From the NCBI GenBank assembly GCA_021158185.1, contig JAGGVC010000099.1:1016-65015 (forward strand): a stretch of DNA of 64,000 bases. Direction: 5' to 3'. The stretch's first letter is position 1. Each line of letters starts with the position of its first letter. This document shows, in pieces, positions 9,492-19,442 of the stretch. A program made the position numbers and the translations under genes. The notes under the pieces are model-generated. The model had not been told where the DNA came from and searched no databases. It worked only from the letters and a program-made list of their open reading frames with translations. This DNA is from a bacterium (lineage in GTDB: Bacteria > 4484-113 > JAGGVC01).

Positions 9492-10394
9492 TTACACGTA
9501 CAGCGCCACGGCAAAATCCGCGATGATGTGAATGAGTATTGCAGGAACGACGCTTCTTGTTTTGATCGTGAGCCACCCAAGCACCAGCCCGAAGATGAAC
9601 GAGAGAGCAATTCCTGTCGCACCTGAAGGTACTCCTTCGTAATGGATCATGCCGAAGAGCAGCGCCTGATAAAGGACTGAAAATCCGAGCGGGAACGCTC
9701 TTGAAAGCACACCGAGCATTAGGCTTCTGAACCATAGTTCTTCCATTGCCCCGTTCGCAAGTGAAAAAAGGAGCGGCGATGCGAGAACAAGCGGAAATCC
9801 ATCCTGCCCCGTGATGTTGAGCTTGTGTCCAGCGAAGTGAAAGTAAGCAACGAGTACGATAATAGTCAGAAACGAGAAGACAGCGATGAGCCAGAAGGAT
9901 TTTCGCAGATTGAAACCTGTGAGGTAGAGGTGTTTGTGATGATAGCCGGATGCCCGCAGGTAAAGGATCACGGCTGCGATTACCAGGTAGTTTGATGCAT
10001 AGTACAGGAAGTTGGGATCACCGGGCAACATCGAGCCAAGAAGCAGGAAGAGAATTAGAGAAATGGCGGGACGGAGCATCAGAAGAGCGATGATGACCGC
10101 GATCAGACGCGCGACAGGATGATGCCTCGAAAAAACCGCGGCTAGATAAGCGATTAAGAGAAATAGCCCGGCCCAAACCTGCCAGCGCGTGAAGAGGGCG
10201 GGTGGTGAGGACGTCTCGAACAGGAGGAATACAAGCGGCTGGATGGCAACGATGAAAACGAATATGGCAGGTAGCTTCGCAGCAACAGCGCTTTTCCCTG
10301 TCAGCTTAGAGCTTTGTTTCGGTGATTCCGCAGCGTCGTTGTCGGGCGAGAGAAGGGCGCGTTCCGAATTGTGCTGTTCGTTATCGTTCTTCAC
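9492..10394 (-). CDS. CPBP (CAAX type II) intramembrane protease
   Basis: Multi-TM; EELWFR, FGMIH, HIIAD motifs. Confidence 0.9.
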   Translation of the reverse strand: MKNDNEQHNSERALLSPDNDAAESPKQSSKLTGKSAVAAKLPAIFVFIVAIQPLVFLLFETSSPPALFTRWQVWAGLFLLIAYLAAVFSRHHPVARLIAVIIALLMLRPAISLILFLLLGSMLPGDPNFLYYASNYLVIAAVILYLRASGYHHKHLYLTGFNLRKSFWLIAVFSFLTIIVLVAYFHFAGHKLNITGQDGFPLVLASPLLFSLANGAMEELWFRSLMLGVLSRAFPLGFSVLYQALLFGMIHYEGVPSGATGIALSFIFGLVLGWLTIKTRSVVPAILIHIIADFAVALYV

Positions 10395-10402
10395 GCAGAT
10401 CC

Positions 10403-12310
10403 TTACGCCGTTTCCAGGTTGTCGCCCGCGGCAGTTTCCTCGGACGATGCTTCGTCCGCGTCATCACTATCTTCGCCCAGTGATGCATCGCCCGTTACAG
10501 CTTCATCCTGAATCTCCGTCTTGTCACCTTCTGGAGTATCGGCCTCGCATAAACCCGTCCAGATAAACGGATCGGGCAAGCTTTCAGTTGGGACCTCGAC
10601 AGACCAGAAAGTAAAGGGCAAAGCGTTTTCCGGGCGCGCAAAATCGATCCTCTGCTCAACTACCGCATCTTCCGACATGAAATGGTGGTTTTCGACGAGC
10701 ATGCCTTCACCCTCGCCGTATTCAAGAGGGATCATAACCGTAACGTTTACTTCCTTCACGATACCCGTTTCGGATGACACTTTGAAGCTAAGCCCGCCCA
10801 AGTCCGCTTCGGTTTCAGCAGTGTATTTGCCGACGGTTTCAACAGAGGATTCAAGATACTTCTTGCAGTATCGAAGCGGATCCTTGCCGCGAAGATCGTG
10901 ATAGAGGATCTTGCCTTCGGGCGAAATTACCCATGTGTTCGGTATGTAATTAACACCGTATCGCGTAGTAGCGGGTTGCTCCCAACCGTCGCCCGTGTAA
11001 ATAACGGGATAGTTGATTCCATATTCCTCGATCATCTCCTTTAGCGCGTCTTCCTCGCCTTCGTTGTCCAGGCTGGCACTGAGCACCTGGAACCTGTCGC
11101 CGCCTAACGTTTCTTGCAGTTCGACTACGTTCGGAAATTCATACACGCATGGCCCGCACCATGTAGCCCAAAAGTCAATGAAAACGAGTTTGCCTCTGAA
11201 ATCGGATAGCGCAATTGATTCGCCGGTCAGAAAATCCGGGCCTTCAATTTCGTGAGCATCTTCTCCGAAGAATTCGAGATACGCAATCACACCTTCCGAT
11301 GCGAACCTGTCGCCATAGATCAGAAGCTCCTTTACTCTTGAAACGAATACAGGATTTTCGTCAATCGGAATATCGTCCAGGTCGGTAATCGCACCATCGA
11401 ACGGATATCTTGCATGCTGCTCGATGCAGGCGGCTGCTGCATTGACATAAGTTCCCCACGCATCGCTCTCCTTTCCGAGTCTCAGCTCGGCGAGAGCTTG
11501 GTTGAATTGTGCGTAGTATGCAGAAGGATCGGCAATCACTGCCTGCTTGCTGAAAAGATACGCGCGCTCGAAGTTGCCGTCCTCGTATTCCATCCATCCG
11601 AGCTGTCCTGTGTATCGGGAAGCAGACGGGTCTATCTTGATGAGCTGGTTGTATATCTCCTTCATTTCGTTTCTATCGTCGGTTGTGTTCAGAAGCCCGA
11701 CATATGCATCTTCGTTTTCTCCATCAAGCGCAATTGCGCAGTTGAAGTACTCTTTTGCCGCCAGCCTGTCATTTTCGATTCTGAGCATCATCCTTCCGGC
11801 ATCGATATGGCATTGAGGATCATCGGGCCAAGCTTCCGCAAGACTCACGTATATCCCTAGTGAGCGCTTGGGATCGTCTCGATAAATGAGCCTGGCAAGC
11901 GCGCGCTGAACTTGTTTGTCGTTTGCAAAGGAATCGCCAAGACCTTCGAGATACGCGATCGCAACTTCAGGCGTTTCGGTTCTCGCAATCGAGTTAGCAA
12001 CGAGCGCGCGCATTGCGCCGTTTGAGGGATCGTTTGCCAGCGCCTTTTTTGCAAGTTCGCGCGCCTCTTCGTATTCCTTTTTCTTGAATGCATCTTTCGC
12101 CTCGTCGATCAACTCCTGCTGCATAGACTCACTACGGAGCTTTGGTGAGAACTTCATCGCCATATTCTGCCTGTAGGATTCAAAGTAGCTTTGCTGGTCA
12201 AGGCCGAGCATGGTCACATCCATGTAAGTTGCGAAGTAGATGAGGAATAGGCCAAATGCGACCAAAAGCACGATGCCAACGATGGATGTGATCACATTCC
12301 CGCGCTTCAT
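10403..12310 (-). CDS. Membrane-anchored TPR + TlpA-type thiol-disulfide oxidoreductase
   Basis: N-terminal TM, TPR-like repeats (ALANDPSN, LIKIDPS, AVIADPS), LSDFRGK...DFWATWCGPC, YGVNYIP; acidic tail. Confidence 0.85.
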   Translation of the reverse strand: MKRGNVITSIVGIVLLVAFGLFLIYFATYMDVTMLGLDQQSYFESYRQNMAMKFSPKLRSESMQQELIDEAKDAFKKKEYEEARELAKKALANDPSNGAMRALVANSIARTETPEVAIAYLEGLGDSFANDKQVQRALARLIYRDDPKRSLGIYVSLAEAWPDDPQCHIDAGRMMLRIENDRLAAKEYFNCAIALDGENEDAYVGLLNTTDDRNEMKEIYNQLIKIDPSASRYTGQLGWMEYEDGNFERAYLFSKQAVIADPSAYYAQFNQALAELRLGKESDAWGTYVNAAAACIEQHARYPFDGAITDLDDIPIDENPVFVSRVKELLIYGDRFASEGVIAYLEFFGEDAHEIEGPDFLTGESIALSDFRGKLVFIDFWATWCGPCVYEFPNVVELQETLGGDRFQVLSASLDNEGEEDALKEMIEEYGINYPVIYTGDGWEQPATTRYGVNYIPNTWVISPEGKILYHDLRGKDPLRYCKKYLESSVETVGKYTAETEADLGGLSFKVSSETGIVKEVNVTVMIPLEYGEGEGMLVENHHFMSEDAVVEQRIDFARPENALPFTFWSVEVPTESLPDPFIWTGLCEADTPEGDKTEIQDEAVTGDASLGEDSDDADEASSEETAAGDNLETA

Positions 12311-12433
12311 AACAACCTCCAGAGATTCTCGAGATAAGGCGGGCTGATTCTATCAGAATAGTGGCAGATAGAAAAATGGTATTAAGGGAAACTCTTTGTT
12401 GGAGCAAGTGTGAGCAAATCCTTGCAAGTGCAA

Positions 12434-14452
12434 CTACTGTTTCTGCTTGTTTTCATCTAAGGGCTTTCCAAGCTTCAGATCGGTCAGCCCGGGTATTTCG
12501 GGATGCTCGACCCAATATATGGATTCGGCGCGCTCGCGCCCTTTAACCTTGACCGTTGCAAGGTGGTGGCAGGGAATGTCGTTCTTAACAATCTCGAAAG
12601 CATCCTCGCTGATTATTACTGCCTTCTTATATTCCTTGGTGGTTGCTTCAAGCCTGCTCGCCAGATTGACTGCGTCGCCGATGATGCTGTAGTCCGTGCG
12701 CCGGACACTTCCGATGTTGCCCATAATCACGTGCCCGTGGTGGATTCCGATACCGATTTCGAACTCCGGCACACCGATCTCGCGCATCCGCGGATGCACT
12801 TTTTCCCGCAGGTTTTTTATCATCGCAAGAGCGCACATCACGCTGTCGAGAGCTGGATTTTCGGCAGGTACGGGTGCTCCGAAAACCGCCATAATTCCGT
12901 CGCCCATAAACTTGTCCACATATCCGCCGTGCGCGTCGATGATATGGCTTGTCGATTCAAAGAACTCGTTCAAGAATGCCAGCACATCCTCCGGCTTCAT
13001 ATTCTCGCTGATCGTCGAGAAGTTCCTTATATCGCTGAAGAGAACAGCAACAACTCGGTCTTCTCCGCCCAATAATGCGAGTTTCGGATTACTAATGATT
13101 TCGTTTACAACAGCCTCGCTTACATACCTTCCGAAGGTTCGGCGGATTTTGGCCTTTTCACGCTCTTCCGTAACAACCTTGTACGCGAGCGTAGAGCCGA
13201 AGCTCAATGCAATAGTGAACACGGTGTATGTGCAGTTCATCAAGAGCTGCCACCATACGAAGCCCATAAAGATGAAAGCGGTGATGATAGCGAGGGCGAT
13301 TATGCCTGCGAAAGGCGCGAACTTACTCGGCATGTAGTACGCAAGGTGCCCGGCAATCAGCGAGAAGATAATCAGGCTTACGATTGTCGCCCATATTGGA
13401 ATAAGGCGGATGTGTTTCCCTGAAAGGAAGGTCTGGAAAGCGCTGGCGTTCGTTTCAACTCCGAACATCTTATCCGTAAAAGGTGTAGAGAAATAATCGT
13501 TGTCGGCTTCGGAAAACGAGCCGACAAAAACGAACGTGCCTTCAAAATCCCCGGAATCAACGAACGTGCCTTCAGTATTCATCTCAAGACGCTTTGCTGT
13601 TTCACCTTCTTCCCATTCATCGTCGGCATTTTCCGCCGACTCGCCGGTTAACGGGTTTATGCCGGAAAGCACTTCGGGAAAAAGTTTCACATACTGGACG
13701 CTCTTGATGCGTTTTGACCTGCCGCCGAAGTAGTTGACGTACATGAAGCCGTTCTCGTCGATTCCATGCTCTGCAGGAATGAACGCTCGACCTTCGCTTT
13801 CAAGCAAGAGCCTGAACATTTGGGTTGCCTGTGAGTAGTAAACTGCATCCTGATATTCGATGATAGCCCGTTCCCTGTCGCGGTATGATCCTTTGCCTTT
13901 CTCGACGGATATGGTGGAAGTGTTTGCCAGTCCTAGGATCGGATCGGCTGCCATCAAGGTTCGGTTTGGCTCGAGGAATGTAAGCTGGCTGTATACTCCC
14001 GATTTGGACTCAGGCAGTGCAGAAGCAAGGATGACTTCGGTTCCCTTCGATCGGGCATAGAGAATCGCGTCTCGAAACGCTTCATCGTCTTCTTGCCCGT
14101 GCATGCTGTTCATATCGAAAAGCAGGTCGAAACAGACATACCGCGCGCCTGAATCCGTCAGACTGCGCAGGATTTTTCCCTGAAGCTCGCGCGGAAATGG
14201 ATATGAAACGCCAAGTTCTTGGAGCGCGCTTATGGAGTTGTCGTCGATCTGCACGATGCGGATTCTCGGATCCGCGTCAAGCTCTCCACGTAGTTGGAAG
14301 CGTGCCTTAATTAGGGGTATTTCGATTGTATCGTTGTATTTGAAAAGACCCGCGATAAGTACTGCGCCGAGAAGTCCGACCAGAGACAGTGCGATTACAA
14401 CAAGCCCCTGCTTCTTGAAGACGTTTGGAGTTGTCACGCCGGGCTTCATCAT
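12434..14452 (-). CDS. CHASE2-domain class III adenylate cyclase
   Basis: CHASE2 motifs IRIVQIDD, FPRE, FDLLF, DYFSTP...FGVE; 3 TM; cyclase motifs FSDIRNFS, DKFMGD, DYSIIGDAVNLASRLE (Lys/Asp pair indicates ATP specificity). Confidence 0.93.
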   Translation of the reverse strand: MMKPGVTTPNVFKKQGLVVIALSLVGLLGAVLIAGLFKYNDTIEIPLIKARFQLRGELDADPRIRIVQIDDNSISALQELGVSYPFPRELQGKILRSLTDSGARYVCFDLLFDMNSMHGQEDDEAFRDAILYARSKGTEVILASALPESKSGVYSQLTFLEPNRTLMAADPILGLANTSTISVEKGKGSYRDRERAIIEYQDAVYYSQATQMFRLLLESEGRAFIPAEHGIDENGFMYVNYFGGRSKRIKSVQYVKLFPEVLSGINPLTGESAENADDEWEEGETAKRLEMNTEGTFVDSGDFEGTFVFVGSFSEADNDYFSTPFTDKMFGVETNASAFQTFLSGKHIRLIPIWATIVSLIIFSLIAGHLAYYMPSKFAPFAGIIALAIITAFIFMGFVWWQLLMNCTYTVFTIALSFGSTLAYKVVTEEREKAKIRRTFGRYVSEAVVNEIISNPKLALLGGEDRVVAVLFSDIRNFSTISENMKPEDVLAFLNEFFESTSHIIDAHGGYVDKFMGDGIMAVFGAPVPAENPALDSVMCALAMIKNLREKVHPRMREIGVPEFEIGIGIHHGHVIMGNIGSVRRTDYSIIGDAVNLASRLEATTKEYKKAVIISEDAFEIVKNDIPCHHLATVKVKGRERAESIYWVEHPEIPGLTDLKLGKPLDENKQKQ

Positions 14453-14462
14453 GCTGCCCCGA

Positions 14463-16418
14463 TTACGCGGCGCCTAAAACTTCGATCAGGGAATCCTCAC
14501 GTAGTACGGATATTTCTATTTCGCCTGGGCCTGTGAATGTCGTTTCGAGCAGATCGAGCGGAGAAACCGAGCCTTCCTGCCCTCTAACCCTGAACTCTAA
14601 TTCGCAAAGAACGCCGCTTCCCTGAATGAAGCCCATGTCGCGGTTGATTCTGCCGCTTATCGTCACTTCGCCCGGGGCCGTGTCGCCGAAGAAAAGGACC
14701 GAGTTCGTCCAGAACAGCCCTGTGTGTCCAGCCTCGAATTCGAGAATGCTCGGATCGAATCTAAGGCGAATTGCTACATCCTGCAAGGCTGCTTCAGAAT
14801 CAACGTATAACTCGACGCGGAGAAGATCGTCCGGGCGAACGGTTGTCGTTGCAGGCGCGACGCGGCAAAGAGCGGTTCCTCCTTCGGCAAGACGTAGGTC
14901 GAATGTCCCTCTTCTGCTTGCGATTAGCTGTGTGACGAGTTGTGCTGGAATCTTGTCACCGCCCAGGTCTACCATAGTGCTTTCGACTTCGCCTGTTACG
15001 TACCAGGTGAGTGTAACCTGATTCGTGTCGGCAAAAAGCTGAGCGAAATTGCCCTGGGCAGGATCGAGAAGTGATTCCACGGTAAGCGTGACTTGATCAC
15101 TCGTTGCCGGTTGGGAGTACTCGACTCCTCCTGATTCGATCCATATGCGGTAATTATTCACAAGGTCGCTTTCAAGCGGCTCAAATGCGAATTCGATAGC
15201 GTATTCGGCTGGCCAGCTGAATACTTCGCCGTCCTGGGGTGCAAGCAGGCTGATGAAGCCGTCCATATCGTTATTCAGGTTAGGATCAATCCCGAGCGTG
15301 ATTTCGAGTGCGTCGGAAAGCCCGTCGCCGTCACTGTCGATCTGCCCGCCTCGAATTCCGAGACTCGGGTCGCCTTCGGGGAGCAGTCCGGTGAGTCTGT
15401 CAACCGTATCATCCGGGTTACTTAAGAACTGGGAGATGTAGTACTCGATCTCATCGAGCATATCTTCGATATGTTCGATTATTTTGATGACTTCCGCGAG
15501 AGACAGAAGTGACGGCACTGCGGATTCCCCGCGAAGATCAATTTTCACGCCCCGCCCGCGAACGTAATCGGGAGCCATCATTTCGAGTATCGATTCCGAA
15601 AGCATGTTGAGAGCATCGCGATAGCCTGGAATGTTGCGGTAGATGAGCGTCATTCCTGCGACGTAGTCATCCTCATAGTAGTCCAGGAATTCGCCGTGTG
15701 AGCGGCTTACATCGTTCTCGAGGCGCTGAAGCTCGATCAGCCACGCTTCAAGCTCAAGTTCGAGATTTTCGGCTTCTATTTCATCAGGAATGCCGAAGCC
15801 GCTTTCGACATCGGCAAGTGTCAGACTCGTCGGTTCGGGATCGGTCGGTGTTCCGCCCGGCGGCACCGTGGATTCAAATCCTGCAGGCACAATTTGGGTG
15901 ATGCCCCCGGCAGTGAGCTCGGCATCATCCTCGAATGCAACAAGAAGAAGCTCGCCATCGAGGCTTATGAATTCAGCCCAGATCGTTCCCCTCACTACTG
16001 CCAGTGCACCCGGTGACTCGACTTCAAACGTCGAACCTGGGCTTAGAGCTTGTTTGAGGTTGAAGAGAAAATCACCGGTCAGTGCCTTGACCTTTCCTCC
16101 GCCGTCGGGGGAAAGAGCTTTAATGTCCAGAAGCGAGTTTTCCTTGATAAGGATGATCGTTTCGCCCGGGAAGAGGAGCTGAACCTTGCCGCCTTTCAGC
16201 GTGCGGATCATGTCGCCGGAATTCAGAACCAGATCGGGTTCTGAGCGTTCCCATTGCTTCTTTCCGGTGAGTTTAACTTCGACTTTGCCAGCCTGCCTGA
16301 CTACGGTTGCAGTCAAATCGTCATCGGCAATCGCTTGCCCGATGCATGTGGTGGCCAGAGCCGTAATCAGAAGTAGGACTAATGCAAATTTCGATGCAAG
16401 GAGTTTCATGGTGTTCAT
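14463..16418 (-). CDS. Exported FecR-domain protein with Ca-binding motif, Ig-like and C-terminal cohesin-like domain
   Basis: Signal peptide; FecR motifs LNSGDMIRT and FEVESPGALAVVRGT; DSDGDGLSDALE...DPN; LRFDPSILEF...GSGVLCELEF cohesin-like pattern. Confidence 0.8.
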   Translation of the reverse strand: MNTMKLLASKFALVLLLITALATTCIGQAIADDDLTATVVRQAGKVEVKLTGKKQWERSEPDLVLNSGDMIRTLKGGKVQLLFPGETIILIKENSLLDIKALSPDGGGKVKALTGDFLFNLKQALSPGSTFEVESPGALAVVRGTIWAEFISLDGELLLVAFEDDAELTAGGITQIVPAGFESTVPPGGTPTDPEPTSLTLADVESGFGIPDEIEAENLELELEAWLIELQRLENDVSRSHGEFLDYYEDDYVAGMTLIYRNIPGYRDALNMLSESILEMMAPDYVRGRGVKIDLRGESAVPSLLSLAEVIKIIEHIEDMLDEIEYYISQFLSNPDDTVDRLTGLLPEGDPSLGIRGGQIDSDGDGLSDALEITLGIDPNLNNDMDGFISLLAPQDGEVFSWPAEYAIEFAFEPLESDLVNNYRIWIESGGVEYSQPATSDQVTLTVESLLDPAQGNFAQLFADTNQVTLTWYVTGEVESTMVDLGGDKIPAQLVTQLIASRRGTFDLRLAEGGTALCRVAPATTTVRPDDLLRVELYVDSEAALQDVAIRLRFDPSILEFEAGHTGLFWTNSVLFFGDTAPGEVTISGRINRDMGFIQGSGVLCELEFRVRGQEGSVSPLDLLETTFTGPGEIEISVLREDSLIEVLGAA

Positions 16419-16421
16419 CTC

Positions 16422-18266
16422 CTAGAAGTTGAAGCCCAGACGGGCGTACATAAGCCAGTCGGTCACGTCAAGCTGGTTGTCGTAATCCCTGTCGAGATAA
16501 TCCGTACCTACCGAGAATCTCGAGTGTGGACTGACATACCAGGTAAGTTCAAGCGAAACGCGGTTGCTCGAATAAGCGTTCGTGGATGCTGCGTCGTCCT
16601 GAGACAGTTCGCTTATCGAGCCGAGGAGCCGCAGCCGGAATTGCTTCCAATACTTGCTGTAGCTTGCCTGGAATTCGCCGAGCGTGTAATTCCGGAAGTC
16701 GTTCTCGCTGTAATCCTGGCTGGTTACCGAATACTCGGCGCCTACGCTTCCGGATCCTGGGAACGCATATGTGAATCCCGCGCGCATCCTGGTTCTATCG
16801 AAGCTTATTCCATTATCGAAGTAATCGTAAGCGTCGAAAGTTCCCTGAGCGAATAGTCTCAGGCGGGCTGATGCCTGGTAGTTCGTAAGTAGGGAAACCT
16901 GGCTCTGCTCGAGTTCGTAGGAATCTTCAAGAGCATAGTCCTTGTTTCTGTAAATTCCGCGCAGGTTGAAGCTGAGGTTGCTCCTCGGAGCGAGATAAAC
17001 GCGTCCTTCCCACTTCGTTTCGTCGAAGTCGTCTATTCCGGTCTCCGTCGCGCCCTGTGCGACGAGTTCGTTATGGTCGTTTGCGATGCTCTTGAAACGC
17101 AGGTCGCAGGTGAATTTCGACGAGTGATCCCATCGCGCGCCAAGCCCAAGGGTGTTTTCGGTGTAGGAAAGCGTCGGGCTGTCGTCGTAGTCCTTATCCG
17201 TGCCGTAATAATCAGCAGAAAGAACGACTCCGTTTGGCATGGATGCTTCCCATCCGACACGGTATCTGTTCGTATTCTGCGAGATGAGAGAGCCAATACC
17301 GTAATCGTATTCGTAGTGGTCATATTCAAGCTCTGCCGAATGCCGCAGGTTGATTTCATGGTGTATGAAAGCAGATAGCCTGTTGTAATCGTAGCTTCTT
17401 GCAGGATTCTGGTTATAGTCGCGATCTTCGACCTTTCCGCGCAACCTCAGATAGCTTCCGAGATTGCCGTAACCCTTGTTGAAATCGAGTTCGAGAAGCC
17501 ATTCGTCCCTGCTGTTCGTAGGAACATCAACACCGTCCACGCTTTTGTATTGCTCCCTGAGCGTCAGGTCTCCATCATTAAACTCGAACCTTTGACGCGC
17601 GGCAGTAGTCTGCGATCGGGTATTTGTAAGCCTGTGGTCGTGCTCACCGCGTTCCAGAAATTCAAGCGTAAGCCCATCCGCCCTTTTCCACGTGAAAGTC
17701 ACGCCGTAATCGCCGAGGCTCTGTTTCTCGTCGTACGCTTCCCCAAGAGCCGCCATCACGTCGCCGGATATTCCGAATCTCCACTGAGGCACTTCCGCTC
17801 CGAGCGATTCCGCGCGCGCCAGAAGATCGACAGCGATGGAATAATGGCCGTCGTAGATAATCATCAGGCGCTCGACAGCGTCGTTCACTTCGGATATTCG
17901 CCCCTGTTCCCGCGGCGTATATTCATCGAAATGATCGTGCCAATCGCTGAGTTGCGGCTCTATTTCGTCGATGTATTTCCTGATTCTGTCGAGCAGCACG
18001 ACAAATCCGCTGAGATCGGCCAGGTAATCCCCGAAGGATTCGGCAGGAGATCCGGCTTTCAGGTGAAATTCCACCTTCTCGGCAGCTTCGGAGCCTGCAG
18101 GAAGTGTGTTTCGCAGCTCTACTGCGAAGTCATTCAGAATATCGGTATACTCCGTCCATTCATCCTGAACCTGCGCAGAAAGCGGCAGCGCACAGACAAA
18201 AAGCAAAACTAATCCAATTGTAAGTACTCGCACCATCCACCTCTCAGATGTCCGCTCACGCGGCAA
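16422..18266 (-). CDS. Outer-membrane beta-barrel protein with N-terminal helical domain
   Basis: Signal peptide, Tyr/Asp/Asn-rich alternating strands with repeated DY turns, C-terminal beta-signal YARLGFNF. Confidence 0.78.
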   Translation of the reverse strand: MPRERTSERWMVRVLTIGLVLLFVCALPLSAQVQDEWTEYTDILNDFAVELRNTLPAGSEAAEKVEFHLKAGSPAESFGDYLADLSGFVVLLDRIRKYIDEIEPQLSDWHDHFDEYTPREQGRISEVNDAVERLMIIYDGHYSIAVDLLARAESLGAEVPQWRFGISGDVMAALGEAYDEKQSLGDYGVTFTWKRADGLTLEFLERGEHDHRLTNTRSQTTAARQRFEFNDGDLTLREQYKSVDGVDVPTNSRDEWLLELDFNKGYGNLGSYLRLRGKVEDRDYNQNPARSYDYNRLSAFIHHEINLRHSAELEYDHYEYDYGIGSLISQNTNRYRVGWEASMPNGVVLSADYYGTDKDYDDSPTLSYTENTLGLGARWDHSSKFTCDLRFKSIANDHNELVAQGATETGIDDFDETKWEGRVYLAPRSNLSFNLRGIYRNKDYALEDSYELEQSQVSLLTNYQASARLRLFAQGTFDAYDYFDNGISFDRTRMRAGFTYAFPGSGSVGAEYSVTSQDYSENDFRNYTLGEFQASYSKYWKQFRLRLLGSISELSQDDAASTNAYSSNRVSLELTWYVSPHSRFSVGTDYLDRDYDNQLDVTDWLMYARLGFNF

Positions 18267-18392
18267 GATTGCGATGCAGGGCTGAATGTTGAATTCTATC
18301 TCTTATACGATGTAAATGCAATTGTCTATCCTATCCTTTTAACTGGAAACAAACATACGCCCTGAAGTATAATGCAAATTCAAGTGATTTCT

Positions 18393-19388
18393 ATGAGCAA
18401 CATCGTGTATCTCGTTGGCATTATGCTTCTGTCGGGCCTGTGGGCATACGGCATCACGCCGTTTATTGTGCGTCTTGCAGAGCGGTACAAGCAGTATGAT
18501 CTGCAGAACGAGCGCAAGGTGCATACACGCCGAGTAAGCAGGTTGGGGGGCATCGCGGTCTATTCGGGCTTTGCTGTGGGATTCTCTGTTTTGACGTACT
18601 TGATGTTATCTGGCCGGATCGAAAGCTCTTTCCAGCCTGTAACGATGTTTGCGATTTTCCTCGGTGGGACGCTTTATTTCCTGCTGGGGCTTCTGGACGA
18701 TTTCCTGGAGCTTAGCGCGAACTTCAAGTTCGTAATAATGGTGATGATCGCGCTCCTGGTGGTTTTAACAGGCGTGAGGGTGTCGAGCCTTTTCGGTGTG
18801 TATCTTCTACCGGTCTGGGTAGGCGTGATCCTTACGGTAGTATGGATCGTTGGAATTGTAAACACGATCAATTTCGTAGACGGGCTAGACGGATTGGCCA
18901 CGGGAGTCGGGCTTCTCGCGTCCATAGCGTTTTTCATAATCGCAATTGTGCGCGGCGAATGGTTCACGGCTTTTTTCTTGGTTTGCATAATCGGTGCACT
19001 GGCGGGTTTTCTTCCATTTAATTTCTTTCCGGCGAGGATATTCCTGGGTGATTCAGGCTCGCTCACGATCGGGTACTTTCTTGCCGTTGTGGGCGTTATC
19101 GGTCTCTACAAGCAGGTAACTATTATAGCTCTTGCCGTTCCTCTCATGATCCTCGCGCTTCCCATAGCGGACACGGCATTTGCGATTGTACGAAGGATTG
19201 CAAGGAGGGTGCCAGTCACACGGCCAGATCGCCGGCATATTCATCACCGGATACTTGCCCTCTTTGGAAGAAGTTCTAACGATACTGCGAAAATGATGGA
19301 TGGCCCAGCCCATAGAAATGCAGTAATTGCCTGTTATGTGATAGCGTTTGTTTTTGCGTCGGTCGCAGTTTATATAGGAATTCAGTGA
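18393..19388 (+). CDS. MraY/WecA/TagO-family undecaprenyl-P GlcNAc-1-P transferase
   Basis: RKVH...RLGG, GLLDD, NFVDGLDGLA, FLGDSGS, PDRRHIHH. Start ATG 18393 is inferred. Confidence 0.92.
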   Translation: MSNIVYLVGIMLLSGLWAYGITPFIVRLAERYKQYDLQNERKVHTRRVSRLGGIAVYSGFAVGFSVLTYLMLSGRIESSFQPVTMFAIFLGGTLYFLLGLLDDFLELSANFKFVIMVMIALLVVLTGVRVSSLFGVYLLPVWVGVILTVVWIVGIVNTINFVDGLDGLATGVGLLASIAFFIIAIVRGEWFTAFFLVCIIGALAGFLPFNFFPARIFLGDSGSLTIGYFLAVVGVIGLYKQVTIIALAVPLMILALPIADTAFAIVRRIARRVPVTRPDRRHIHHRILALFGRSSNDTAKMMDGPAHRNAVIACYVIAFVFASVAVYIGIQ

Positions 19389-19442
19389 TACACCGACACT
19401 TGTGAAATCCTGGGCTCAAGCTATATTCAGGGATTCAAACGA

